Virus record (IMG/VR): IMGVR_UViG_3300045988_121102
DNA length: 64,000 bases
Source of the DNA: a virus
Reading direction: 5' to 3' (one strand)
Both the position numbers and the translations under genes were made by a program. Below are positions 25,745-35,663 of the stretch, piece by piece (within the stretch, counting starts at the first letter, position 1; each line of letters opens with the position of its first letter). The notes beneath the pieces were generated by a model. That model did no database searches. It had not been told where the DNA came from and saw only the letters and a list, made by a program, of their open reading frames with translations.

Positions 25745-26027
25745 CAAAACCGCTAAAGGCATCACTGTTGTTAAAACTTCCGCTTCGAAAGATATAACTG
25801 CCGGATCTTCAGGATTTTGGCACGCGAAAATAACAATTCCGGATGGATACAAGGTTCTGTATGTGTCCGCTGCATTTAATAATGCAGATTCTTGTGTTTT
25901 GTCCCCTTATGGATCTTGCGTTGATTTGATAGGGCACACTCAGGACATTGAACCCTGGTTTGGATACTATGCAACAAGAAGCGGACCGGGAACTTTAATA
26001 GTGTATGCAGTTTGCTCTGCTATTTAA
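25734..26027 (+). other. silent tail-fibre C-terminal cassette 2 (97 codons, no start codon or ribosome-binding site)
   Basis: Begins N-S-D-L, as in the expressed gene, and is open to the TAA at 26025-26027. Confidence 0.6.
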
Positions 26028-26028
26028 C
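26019..26028 (-). repeat. possible fourth core copy D (GCTATTTAAC on the plus strand)
   Basis: GCTATTTAAC(G)GAG compared with GCTATTTAAC(C)GAG at core C, in the same orientation as C. Confidence 0.35.
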
Positions 26029-26189
26029 GGAGATGTTGCTATATTTAATAACAATTTTACAAATCATTTTTAAGCCTATTCATTACTCTCATACCATAAT
26101 TATTTGCTCAATAACTGAGTTTACTATATTTTTGTACACAAAACAAACCACCTTTTCAGCTGGCTAAAAAACATATATCTCAATTTCGC

Positions 26190-27212
26190 TTATGCAGCAT
26201 ATCGTCTGTATGATTCCCGTATGTTATCTTGCCGAATATTGCAATATATCAATGTAGTCTCAACTTTACTATGTCCCATTAAAACCATTACCTCTTCTAT
26301 TCTCATTCCTCGATTCAAAAGATCAGTAGCAAATGTTCTTCTAAATCTATGTGGATGTACATTTTCTACATTGGCTCTCTTGCCTATTTGTTTTAATAGA
26401 TACTGCACGCCCGCTACAGTAAGGCGTTGGAATGGCTTTTTTGCTGTCACAAACAACGGTTTCTCTCCTAGCTGCGATAACGTCAAATCTTCTTTTTCCA
26501 TTCTCCATAAGTAATATTTTTCAATCCATCTTAACGCATTATCATGGATATACACAATTCTTTCTTTTCTGCCTTTCCCGATAACACGGAACTCCTGTTT
26601 CTGCATATCAATATCTTTCACATTAAGACTACACAATTCTGATACGCGTAATCCAGTTGCATATAAAAATTCGACAATAGCTGTCTCTCTAACGTCTTTA
26701 CACGCTGCACGCAAATCTGTCATTTCTTTCCCGGAAAAAGCCTTTTTCAACTTGTTTTCAAGTTTGAATGCCTCTATTCTTTCCACTGGATTGCTTTTTA
26801 CTAAACCTTCCTGCTCCAAAAATGTCCAAAATGAGTTTAGATATCTTCTGCGCCCCTGCAATGTACGCATGGAAATCTTGTCACGTTCTCTTAGAACTCC
26901 AAAGTACCATCGTAAATCCATTGTTGTGATATCTTCAAAACTTTTATTGATGGTATTTCTACATGTCATAATCTCTCTTAGATATTGTTTCAATGTACTC
27001 TCCTGCCGCCCAGAAACCAATTTACTGGCTCTGAATAGCTGCATTTTTCTTACGTCACTGTCTGCTCCTAATGGGATTATTTCGCACTTATCTTCCACTA
27101 TCTTTTTCCCGTGGAAATTAATGTACAAAACATTTTGCAACTGTTCTAGTTGCTCTTTCTCCAAACTGTGACTCATAGCTTGGAGTACATTGGTAATGAT
27201 CTTCTCTAACAT
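26190..27212 (-). CDS. tyrosine site-specific recombinase (XerC/D/integrase family)
   Basis: ATGLRVSE (R), GKGRKER (K), HPHRFRRTFAT (HxxR) and LMGHSKVETTLIY (H..Y). Confidence 0.85.
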   Translation of the reverse strand: MLEKIITNVLQAMSHSLEKEQLEQLQNVLYINFHGKKIVEDKCEIIPLGADSDVRKMQLFRASKLVSGRQESTLKQYLREIMTCRNTINKSFEDITTMDLRWYFGVLRERDKISMRTLQGRRRYLNSFWTFLEQEGLVKSNPVERIEAFKLENKLKKAFSGKEMTDLRAACKDVRETAIVEFLYATGLRVSELCSLNVKDIDMQKQEFRVIGKGRKERIVYIHDNALRWIEKYYLWRMEKEDLTLSQLGEKPLFVTAKKPFQRLTVAGVQYLLKQIGKRANVENVHPHRFRRTFATDLLNRGMRIEEVMVLMGHSKVETTLIYCNIRQDNIRESYRRYAA

Positions 27213-27405
27213 AAAGATACCTCCTGTTTTTTATATTGCACGCAGGAGACTCTTGTTGTATAATAAAGACAGATCTCCCCCTGTGGGTGCATCTATGATA
27301 TTTGAGGCATCGGTAGCCGCCAAGCAAAGCCGATGTCTCTTTTATTTTACCTTATTTTAGAGCATTTTCAAGATTTTTTACTTTGTAAAATTACGATTTC
27401 ACCCT

Positions 27406-27951
27406 TTAATCATATGCGTCAGGGTTCGGCGGTAAATAATTTTTATTAACATTATCGAATAACAAAGCGCCAAAAAAATTTCCATTATAAGAAAAACACA
27501 AACTAGTCCTCTCATCTCTTGTATCGATGTATAATTTTATTCCGCTCTGGTTGGTTCCGGACAGGAGCAAATACCGTTTACTTTGAGCGACCGACAGGTC
27601 GCTATTTAACCGAGTAATCGCATTGGCATTTGCTGTGATTGCCTGTTGCATCGCATACGCCAATGCCGAAGTCGGCACATGGTCTCCATCATTAACTTGC
27701 ACACCACTCATCATAGATTTTGTCACATAATCAGCAATCGCCGTGTTAAAAGCATCATTGGTCATGAGCTTATTGGCAATCGCATCAGCATGATCCGAAA
27801 TCAATTTATCCATAGCATCCAGTTTATCTTTGAGCAATATATTTTTTGCTTTATCATAAAAAATCGCCTTGACATGAGACCAGGCGAATCGTTCTTTAAA
27901 ATCTTTTGCATCTGTCGGAAGTCTTAACCATCCTGTTGGGTATGTTGCCAT
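27406..27951 (-). CDS. tail-fibre tip protein with exchangeable C-terminus (currently expressed variant)
   Basis: 181 aa. The core TTAAATAGCGACCT lies at codons 115-119 (L-N-S-D-L), and VPTSALAYAMQQAITANANAI is fibre-like. Confidence 0.55.
   Translation of the reverse strand: MATYPTGWLRLPTDAKDFKERFAWSHVKAIFYDKAKNILLKDKLDAMDKLISDHADAIANKLMTNDAFNTAIADYVTKSMMSGVQVNDGDHVPTSALAYAMQQAITANANAITRLNSDLSVAQSKRYLLLSGTNQSGIKLYIDTRDERTSLCFSYNGNFFGALLFDNVNKNYLPPNPDAYD
27596..27609 (-). repeat. recombination-core copy C (TTAAATAGCGACCT in gene sense)
   Basis: Inverted relative to copies A and B. Confidence 0.6.
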
Positions 27952-27968
27952 TATATCTCCTCCTATTC

Positions 27969-28133
27969 TTAATCTGATATATCTGCTCCATCAACAACCA
28001 TTAATTTTGCCTCTTCAATTTTTTCGTTTAGAAGTTTTCCTTGTACTGCATCTAACGCATATTTCCCTGCGGTTGTTGTGGTGGTATTGTTGGCGAGTGG
28101 GGGACGAACATTTCCAATTTTGATTTTAGGCAT
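27969..28133 (-). CDS. small fibre-associated protein (54 aa)
   Basis: ..TTAGKYALDAVQGKLLNEKIE.., a fibre-type motif. Confidence 0.4.
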   Translation of the reverse strand: MPKIKIGNVRPPLANNTTTTTAGKYALDAVQGKLLNEKIEEAKLMVVDGADISD

Positions 28134-28154
28134 TACGCATAATCACCTCCATAT

Positions 28155-28340
28155 TTACTCCGAAATTATTACATAGAGATCTCCCGTTGATTCATCTAAC
28201 TCAAACTCTGGAATGTGATCCCCTTCTTCATAATACAGATATAAAATTCCAGTGTCCTCATCTACTGATAAGGCAAAAAGAGAATTTCCTTTATCTCCTC
28301 TGGGGCCTACAACAGACCCCAAGTCAACCTCTCTTGCCAT
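28155..28340 (-). CDS. short paralog of the collagen-like fibre protein
   Basis: Shares the MAREVDLG..GP.G N-terminus and a ..PEFE...G.LY.. C-terminus. Confidence 0.4.
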   Translation of the reverse strand: MAREVDLGSVVGPRGDKGNSLFALSVDEDTGILYLYYEEGDHIPEFELDESTGDLYVIISE

Positions 28341-28361
28341 ATATACATCCTCCTTAAAAAG

Positions 28362-29015
28362 TTACGATGTATACACCGCATATAAATGACCATTGCTGAT
28401 TTTAAACGTTGGGACTTCTCCTGTGTCTCCTTTGGGACCCTGTGCCCCCGTTTCTCCTTGTGGTCCTATAGGCCCCTGTATACCTTGTTCTCCCTTTGGA
28501 CCTTGAGGACCAGTCAAACCAGTTGCACCAGAAAGATCGGTAACGAATTCATAAGCAGATGAACCTTTTCTATACAATTTTGAGTTGTCAACATGATTGA
28601 CATCCCCAGTATCAATCATAACAAATTGACCTACTTTTACTCCATCGGATGAGTATCCGCTGTTCATTAATGATATGGATTTATATACCTTGGCAATCGT
28701 AAAAGGTTCTCCCGCTGGTCCCTGTGGTCCTTGTATCCCTTGTTGTCCTTGAGGACCTTGAGGACCTGTTGCGCCCGCAGAACCGGTATCACCCTTTTCA
28801 CCTCGATCTCCTTTATCGCCTTTAGCTCCTTTTAAGGATGCTATATATTGTGCTTCTGTCTTTCCAGAATTTCCACTTTGCGATAGCCAAACTTCATAAG
28901 CTGATTTTCCTTGATCTCCCTTTGGGCCTTGCGGCCCTGTTGGACCAGTTTCTCCCTGCTTTCCTTGTGGACCTTGCGGACCAATGATATTTCCTAAATC
29001 AACTTCTCTTGCCAT
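28362..29015 (-). CDS. collagen-like (G-X-Y repeat) tail-fibre protein
   Basis: Two G-X-Y blocks (GPQGPQGKQGETGPTGPQGPKGDQG and others). The start is set at MAREVDLG, which follows AAGGAGG. Confidence 0.7.
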   Translation of the reverse strand: MAREVDLGNIIGPQGPQGKQGETGPTGPQGPKGDQGKSAYEVWLSQSGNSGKTEAQYIASLKGAKGDKGDRGEKGDTGSAGATGPQGPQGQQGIQGPQGPAGEPFTIAKVYKSISLMNSGYSSDGVKVGQFVMIDTGDVNHVDNSKLYRKGSSAYEFVTDLSGATGLTGPQGPKGEQGIQGPIGPQGETGAQGPKGDTGEVPTFKISNGHLYAVYTS

Positions 29016-29032
29016 TACAACCATCCTCCTTA

Positions 29033-29707
29033 TCAATCATTTTGGTAAATTGCATATAAATGTCCTTCTCTTATCTCAAATTCCGGTGTTTCTCCCGCGG
29101 GACCTCTAATTGATTCCAGATCTATTAATTTTATCCAGTCATTACTATCGGTATACCTCCATTGAATTTCCACCCCATTATTTTTTAATTCAATTTCTCT
29201 GCCAGACGTACCAACCGGCAATCTCACTCTGGACAATTCCACTTCTCCTGACAACAAAGTCAATACCTTATCATTCAATTGCAGATTATCTGCCCGGTAC
29301 CCCCATTCAACTCCATTTATGGCATCATCAATTCGAACCGGAACTTGATTGATACTTCCTCCCAATGGAAGTAATCTTTTATATCCGTCATAATCAGATG
29401 GCTCAATATAGTCTTCTGGTTTGTTTCGCTCTTTTATTGGAAAATATCCCGTTAATATTATTCCCTTATCTTCGTTCAAATAAACAATCACTTTGATTTG
29501 AGCGTTTATTTGGAGCATTTTATCCGGTATCGAAAAAGAAGAATTTATAATTGAAGTATTGTACAACTTATTCTGTTGAAATATTTGAACTCCTGTGCCA
29601 TCAGGTATTGGATCTTTATATAAAACAGTCACAGTTTGGTTATATGCCCACTGATCCAGTTCATAAAAAGAACCAACCGTATTAGAACCAAAATTCGCAT
29701 AAATCAT
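29033..29707 (-). CDS. tail-fibre/baseplate protein
   Basis: 224 aa. The C-terminus ..GPAGETPEFEIREGHLYAIY is shared with the neighbouring fibre proteins. Confidence 0.5.
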   Translation of the reverse strand: MIYANFGSNTVGSFYELDQWAYNQTVTVLYKDPIPDGTGVQIFQQNKLYNTSIINSSFSIPDKMLQINAQIKVIVYLNEDKGIILTGYFPIKERNKPEDYIEPSDYDGYKRLLPLGGSINQVPVRIDDAINGVEWGYRADNLQLNDKVLTLLSGEVELSRVRLPVGTSGREIELKNNGVEIQWRYTDSNDWIKLIDLESIRGPAGETPEFEIREGHLYAIYQND

Positions 29708-30522
29708 TCGGATATATTCCCCCCATTAACAACAAAGTCTGTAGCTGAAAGTGTTCCCGCTGCATCAATCGTTATACTGGTCCCATCTGGTTTGCTAATA
29801 CCATTTTTGGATGTAGTTGCAATCACAGCACCGCCAGATGCCAATACATCGTCTCTGGCTTTCTCCGCCGCCGTCTTTGCTGATTCAGCCTGCTCCTTGT
29901 AATACTTGGCATTATCGGTACTGCTACCTTCATAAGACGCATCTCCCACAGCCCAACGCTTAGCATCCTTAGAATACGTCAATGCATCATTTGCAGCTGT
30001 TTGCGCGGTATTTCGATAGTTCAGTATATCAGCTCGATAATCCGGATTAAGATGATTTTCGTTGATACTTCCTGCTTTAACATCGGCAGTAACATGATAT
30101 TCATCGTTCGAAAAGCTCTTATTAAATGCGATTGTGTCTGTATCGTCAAAGCTATATGCTTTTATAAGTTCCGCTATATTACATTCCCATTTTGTCCCAT
30201 CATCTGTCGTCATAGTTAAAATTCCAGCTTCACTTAGCGAAAATGACACAGGAATTTTTTCAATGTTCTGATCGAATGTCTGGGTTGTTCCGTCTAACTG
30301 CCGAAAAGTCCAAACACCTGTTTTTTGGTCATATTCAACACTTTTCAACATAGAATTTCCAACAGATACATTCAATTTTTCTGCATCCATTGTCACCAAC
30401 GCGTCATCTACCTCATTCAAGAACACATCCATGTGATTCAGATTGGTTGCTCCAAGGGCAGTTGCTGTAGATGGTCGATTTTTCCAGTTGATTCTATTGT
30501 ACTTTTTTGTCGTGTACGGCAT
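29704..30522 (-). CDS. tail-fibre/baseplate upper protein-like
   Basis: The N-terminus INWKNRPSTATALGATNLNHMD is typical of fibre N-terminal domains. Confidence 0.5.
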   Translation of the reverse strand: MPYTTKKYNRINWKNRPSTATALGATNLNHMDVFLNEVDDALVTMDAEKLNVSVGNSMLKSVEYDQKTGVWTFRQLDGTTQTFDQNIEKIPVSFSLSEAGILTMTTDDGTKWECNIAELIKAYSFDDTDTIAFNKSFSNDEYHVTADVKAGSINENHLNPDYRADILNYRNTAQTAANDALTYSKDAKRWAVGDASYEGSSTDNAKYYKEQAESAKTAAEKARDDVLASGGAVIATTSKNGISKPDGTSITIDAAGTLSATDFVVNGGNISE

Positions 30523-30685
30523 TTTGATTTTCCTCCTTTTCTAAAACCTCCCCAAGAGTTCCAGAATCCAAAATATCAGCTATTTCTGCAATGATACGTG
30601 CCTGTGCTATTCCACAAATCGAAATAGTATTCAATAGCTGTACTGCTCTTTGCATTTTTTTATAATCATACGTTAATGTTTTCAA
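30494..30685 (-). CDS. hypothetical small protein
   Basis: 63-aa ORF. Confidence 0.35.
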   Translation of the reverse strand: MKTLTYDYKKMQRAVQLLNTISICGIAQARIIAEIADILDSGTLGEVLEKEENQNAVHDKKVQ

Positions 30686-30687
30686 TG

Positions 30688-32910
30688 CTATTTGCCTTTC
30701 CGCTTCATTAAGCTATTAAGTCTGCGACTCATGTTTTGAACACCGGAAATTAAAATTCCAATATAGTTGTTGTAATCGATAACGAGATGATCGTCTTTTC
30801 CAAACTGATACAATGCATTTCCATATTCTTCTGATAGAACATTCTCTGCCACGTCCTGTGCAATTAGTCCAGCACTGCTGATTCCGTTTCTCTTATACTC
30901 AAAAAAAACAGGCGTCAAAGAATTTAGAAATTCTTCTGATTCCTGTGTAGACAAACTTGTTATATTCCGTTTTAGACGCGAATCCGAGTCCTCTTTGGGG
31001 ATCGGACCCGAATATTTTTTTGCAATAACCCAGTCAATCTGAGATGGATCATCACCTTTGCAAAGAATGATGCCAGCGGTAATATTTTGAATATTAATCT
31101 GTGCGCTATCGTCTGCACCAATTTCATCATCGGTTTTTAACTGAACCACATCAAGACTACCCAGTTCAAAATTTGTACCATCTATTGTGGATGCTGATAT
31201 TTCATTTGCTGTGATAAAATTACCTTTTATCTCAATACCAGTTAATGTGGAACCAGATATATTTGTACCTGTTATTGTGCCACTGAAATTACCACGGCTA
31301 GCAATGATCCCATTACAAGTCAATGTACCATCAGCTGTCATGCTGGAATTATTCGCTTTCCAAGTAAAGCGGTTTCCGGTTATAGAAATTTGCCCTGATT
31401 CCTGAGAAATTGCTGCTGATAATCCGCCTTGACTAACTAGCAACGAAATATTCTTTGCATTCTGGCTGATTTGACTCTGCAAATTTTCATTACTTTTTGT
31501 CAAAACGGTTGTGATCTCCGATTCAGTCTGCGTTATGTTGTTAGATATCTCTCCCTCCGCATCAGTAGCTCTTTTGACTTCAGCCGATATATTCCGATTT
31601 GTTATCTCAAATTTAGATGATATATCTTTGCTCAAATCATCCATCGAAAGAACAATTTTGTCCGCTTGCTCCATCAACAGATATGACTTTCCATCAACTT
31701 CTTTGATTGAATTGTACAAATCATTGGTTGCATTTTCACTTTCATCAGCTGATGATTCTATGGAATCCATCATGGCTTGACATCCGCTCATGGTTCGTTT
31801 CATGCAAAATGTTTCTATGATGTCATCGCGAGTTATAATCCGTAGCGCATCTCCGGGTTCTATCCAGGGCATTGCTCGGCATTCCAATGTGCATGGTCTG
31901 TATGTTCTTCCATAGACATATGGGAATATTGACTGTGCTATATTAAGCAGCTCAACAACAGTTTTGCCATAAAGTAAGAAGTTCCCAGAAATTGTATAGA
32001 GATTTCCCGCATCTCCTACACTAGCGCCAATCTCTCCGTTCTGTTGAAAAATCTGTAATCCAGTATATCCTTCAATCATCTTATCTTCATATTCCAAAGA
32101 TTTGAAGGACATAATCTGCTGCACACTTCTGCCATCACTTCCCAATTCAGACGGGTAAAGTTCATTGTCATCTGGGTATAATGTTTCAGATGGATATAAT
32201 CCCGTCTGTTGAATCTGAATGTATTTAAGCAATCCATTCTTATCTATGTACCCAAAGGATACGTTGATCTGGCAGATGGCTTTTAATATTTCCATGCCAG
32301 AAATTTCAACTGGGTTGATTGTCTTTTCAACTTTTAGGGAATCAAAAAGCAGATCCGTTTGAATCTGCCTTACTCCAATATATTCACACAAAGAATCTCG
32401 CATCTCACGAATGCTTATCGGAAATGTTAAGCCATTGTACCAGCTTGATACATCCGTATTGAAAAGCCGCATTCGATTGTATGCTGTGATTTTTCTCTTT
32501 CGCCTGTCTGACTGCCTCACATATGACTCTACGGTATAATACCCTAATGGAATCTGGTATTCCCCCACTTCTTCTGTCAGAAAAAATTCTTTTCCAGTTA
32601 AATCTTCAATGACATCTGCCACCACAATTTCCAATAATGCAGAGGAGCATGAGCCAAATTCCAGATTACTGTTATCACACAATGACTCAGTGATTGTCAA
32701 ACTCTCACTTTCAATACGATCGTTTTCAATAAGCACCCATACTTCATTCTGTTCGGACGGGAACAAACTATCTTCTGGGAACAATGTCTCTGCCGGAAAT
32801 AATGAATCATACCCTTTGCTGTAAAAAGATAGCTTAAATTTTCTTGCATCAGATGGAGTAACATTGTCGCTGACTAATACTTTTTTGAATTCATCAGATA
32901 TATTAATCAT
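30688..32910 (-). CDS. tail protein with C-terminal S74 intramolecular-chaperone domain (paralog 2)
   Basis: SDSRLKRNI..AGLIAQDV.. is an S74-type C-terminus. The N-terminal ~400 aa are homologous to 32903-35095. Confidence 0.65.
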   Translation of the reverse strand: MINISDEFKKVLVSDNVTPSDARKFKLSFYSKGYDSLFPAETLFPEDSLFPSEQNEVWVLIENDRIESESLTITESLCDNSNLEFGSCSSALLEIVVADVIEDLTGKEFFLTEEVGEYQIPLGYYTVESYVRQSDRRKRKITAYNRMRLFNTDVSSWYNGLTFPISIREMRDSLCEYIGVRQIQTDLLFDSLKVEKTINPVEISGMEILKAICQINVSFGYIDKNGLLKYIQIQQTGLYPSETLYPDDNELYPSELGSDGRSVQQIMSFKSLEYEDKMIEGYTGLQIFQQNGEIGASVGDAGNLYTISGNFLLYGKTVVELLNIAQSIFPYVYGRTYRPCTLECRAMPWIEPGDALRIITRDDIIETFCMKRTMSGCQAMMDSIESSADESENATNDLYNSIKEVDGKSYLLMEQADKIVLSMDDLSKDISSKFEITNRNISAEVKRATDAEGEISNNITQTESEITTVLTKSNENLQSQISQNAKNISLLVSQGGLSAAISQESGQISITGNRFTWKANNSSMTADGTLTCNGIIASRGNFSGTITGTNISGSTLTGIEIKGNFITANEISASTIDGTNFELGSLDVVQLKTDDEIGADDSAQINIQNITAGIILCKGDDPSQIDWVIAKKYSGPIPKEDSDSRLKRNITSLSTQESEEFLNSLTPVFFEYKRNGISSAGLIAQDVAENVLSEEYGNALYQFGKDDHLVIDYNNYIGILISGVQNMSRRLNSLMKRKGK

Positions 32911-35095
32911 CGTTTCCCTCCAGTCTTTTCAATCTGCTATCCAAATACTGAAAGCAGGCAATCAAAATTCCAATAAAATGCATATATGGGATTCCATAAT
33001 AACCTGTTTTTGGATCAACATCATACAACGGCCAGTCAAGGTTATTTTCCATCAAAACTGTTTCAACCTCCTGTGCAATCAGTCCGATTGCTTCATCTCC
33101 GGACGATTTGAACTGATATTTCACTGGCCTTAACGCGTCAACCACTTTCATTGCTATTTCTGGCGGAATATCCCGTATATTCTTCTTTAAACGTCTGTCA
33201 GAATAATACGTAAACTTCGAACATTGCAAATAACTGAATTCCCCTCTGGTTGCATTAACATACGTGCATTCCTCTATGGATTTTACACTTAATACACCAA
33301 GGTTCAACTCTCCTGTGGCCGTTACTTTACTAGCTTTTATATCGGAACCAGTGATCGTGGAACCTTTAATTGTTGCACCAGATACAGTGCCACCGCTTAT
33401 CGTATTACCAGTAATCGTTGCGCCGGTAATCGTTCCACCACTAATCGTTGAGCCCGTGATAGTTCCAGAAAAAGTTCCGTTCGTAGCTTTGATATTCTGG
33501 CAAGTCAACGTGCCATCCGAAGTCATGTTGGAATATGTAGAATTCCAAGAAAAGCGATTGCCTTGGATATTAACTCCGCCACTTTCCACGGAAATTTCCG
33601 AAGAAACACTTCCCTTGCTAACTTTTAGCTTGATTGCATCCGCATTCTGTGTAATTTGTGACTGCATCTGATTTGCAGAATCGGCGACTTGTGTTTTTAA
33701 AGATTCTGCTGTCAACGTAATTTGCGATGAAAGTTTATTTTCTGACTCTGTCGCTCTTGTCACTTCTGCGGATATCTGATCCGCGGTAACTTTAAATTGT
33801 GCTTCTGTTTTCTCTCCTAAATCCGTTACTTTCGCAGAAACCTCTTCGATATTTCGCGTAATAACTGCTGTCTTACCAAGGAGCTGGATAATCTGCTTAT
33901 TGACTCCAAATACTTCTTCTCTAGTCTGACCTCCTGTTGCCTCGTATGTGTCCATCATAGCTTGACATCCGCTCATGGTTCGTTTCATGCAAAATGTTTC
34001 TATGATGTCAGTTTGAGTGACAGCTTGAAGATAATCTCCTACCTCAATCCAGGGCATCGCATAACATTCGATATTTGCCGGGCGATACGTTCTCCCAGAA
34101 ATATATGGTAATAATGTTTGGGCTATGCTTATCATTTCCGCAGCGCTTTTCCCATATACCAAAAAGTTCCCTTCGATGGTATAAACAGAATCACTTGTTC
34201 CTACGCTAGAACCTATATCTCCTTCTTCCTGTCGAATCGTCAACCCTGTGATGCCATCGATCATGTAATCTTCATACTCCAATGGCTGTTTATAGTAGTT
34301 GATATGTTCAACTGCTCGATCATCACTACCTTTTTCCGATGGATACAATTCTTCCTCTGGATAAAGAGATTCTGACGGATACAATCCAGTTTGTTGCAAC
34401 TGAATATACTTCAAGGCTCCGGTTCTATCCATATGACCAAAGCATCCATTCAACTGGCAAATTGCCTTTAAGACTTCCAACCCAGAGATTTGTTCCGGTT
34501 CAATAGTCTTTTCAATTTTTAACGAATCAAATGGCAGCGAAATCTGAATCTGACTAATTCCAATGTACTCACATAAGGAATTTCGAAATTCAAACAATGT
34601 CATTGGGAACGTCAGTTCATTGTACCATACAGCCACATCTACATCGAATAATCGCATATTGTCATACGCTGTAATCTTCCGTTTCCTGCGATCGGATTGT
34701 CTTGTGTATGATTCTACGGTATATACACCAAGAATCATTTCATATCCGCCGCATTCTACGCTCAGGGTAAAAGTCCGTCCAGTCAGATCCTCGATAACAT
34801 CTGCAACCACAATTTCCATGCTGGATGCTTCACAAGCGCCAAATTCCAATTCATCCGAATCACAAAGAGCTTCTGTGATAGTCAACGACTCACTCTCGAT
34901 CCGATTGTTTTCAATCGTTACCCAGGGAATGCCATTCTCAGCCGGAAATAGTGTATCTTCCGGAAATAACGTCTCATAAGGGTACAATGTATCAGCAGTC
35001 TCATCATAAAACGTTAGTTTAAATTTTTTTTGCGTTTCTACACTGGTATTCCCGGAACGATATAGGTCTTTGATTTTTTCTGGCATATCAAGCAT
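32903..35095 (-). CDS. tail protein with C-terminal S74 intramolecular-chaperone domain (paralog 1; Tal-like position)
   Basis: SDRRLKKNI..IGLIAQEV.., with TGxTISG beta-helix-like repeats. Confidence 0.65.
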   Translation of the reverse strand: MLDMPEKIKDLYRSGNTSVETQKKFKLTFYDETADTLYPYETLFPEDTLFPAENGIPWVTIENNRIESESLTITEALCDSDELEFGACEASSMEIVVADVIEDLTGRTFTLSVECGGYEMILGVYTVESYTRQSDRRKRKITAYDNMRLFDVDVAVWYNELTFPMTLFEFRNSLCEYIGISQIQISLPFDSLKIEKTIEPEQISGLEVLKAICQLNGCFGHMDRTGALKYIQLQQTGLYPSESLYPEEELYPSEKGSDDRAVEHINYYKQPLEYEDYMIDGITGLTIRQEEGDIGSSVGTSDSVYTIEGNFLVYGKSAAEMISIAQTLLPYISGRTYRPANIECYAMPWIEVGDYLQAVTQTDIIETFCMKRTMSGCQAMMDTYEATGGQTREEVFGVNKQIIQLLGKTAVITRNIEEVSAKVTDLGEKTEAQFKVTADQISAEVTRATESENKLSSQITLTAESLKTQVADSANQMQSQITQNADAIKLKVSKGSVSSEISVESGGVNIQGNRFSWNSTYSNMTSDGTLTCQNIKATNGTFSGTITGSTISGGTITGATITGNTISGGTVSGATIKGSTITGSDIKASKVTATGELNLGVLSVKSIEECTYVNATRGEFSYLQCSKFTYYSDRRLKKNIRDIPPEIAMKVVDALRPVKYQFKSSGDEAIGLIAQEVETVLMENNLDWPLYDVDPKTGYYGIPYMHFIGILIACFQYLDSRLKRLEGNDD

Positions 35096-35109
35096 AAATC
35101 CACACCTCC

Positions 35110-35520
35110 CTATCTCGCTGCGCCGTACTCAATAAACGCAACTCTGGTAGGATTGTACAGTATGTCATTTATCTCGCGATACACCATATAAGGCTCAAAC
35201 TCAATGTCTGGCATATACATTTCCCCGGTACAATAGCTCATTGTCCAGTCATTCCAGTATTCTACCGTCATTTTCTGCCTATCCGCAGGAAGAATGGATT
35301 TAATTACTGCCATATCAGCCAGTCGTACAGGTTTAATGTCAAATTCTATCTTGGTTGCTTTCGCCGGAAGTACATTCCTGTGGAAGACTCCGTCATTGTC
35401 GGTGTAATCGTCCAAGTCTGTCTCTTGATCTGGCGTACACTTATAAGAACCGGCATGGATGTATTTGTTGGGAAACTCCACGCCATTCACTTTCAGCAAC
35501 CATCCCTCAAATCCATGCAT
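35110..35520 (-). CDS. distal-tail-protein-position gene
   Basis: The start is moved to the ATG at 35520 (MHGFEGW) after GGAGGT. The call is positional. Confidence 0.45.
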   Translation of the reverse strand: MHGFEGWLLKVNGVEFPNKYIHAGSYKCTPDQETDLDDYTDNDGVFHRNVLPAKATKIEFDIKPVRLADMAVIKSILPADRQKMTVEYWNDWTMSYCTGEMYMPDIEFEPYMVYREINDILYNPTRVAFIEYGAAR

Positions 35521-35527
35521 AAAATCT

Positions 35528-35553
35528 ACCTCCATAACTGTTCGAGGTTAGCG
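35528..35553 (-). promoter_or_regulatory. late 5'-UTR hairpin motif, copy 1
   Basis: CGCTAACCTCGAACAGTTATGGAGGT. Confidence 0.5.
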
Positions 35554-35663
35554 GCCAACACGTATTCGCTGGTCGGTTTCCAAAGCAGACGGATAAACCT
35601 TATTCTGCATGATACAATCATAGCATGATTTTATAAGGCTTAAAGACTCACATACAGCAGTCT

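Noticed and set aside
26190-27212. The tyrosine recombinase read as the ordinary prophage integrase.
   Set aside because: This is not fully excluded, but it is disfavoured. The gene lies in the middle of the fibre genes, far from the CI/Cro switch and from the putative att fragment. It is bracketed by inverted, codon-phased core repeats attached to fibre cassettes that lack start codons.
27406-30522. A diversity-generating retroelement as the source of fibre variability.
   Set aside because: No reverse transcriptase ORF exists anywhere in the window, and I found no template/variable repeat pair with adenine-specific differences.
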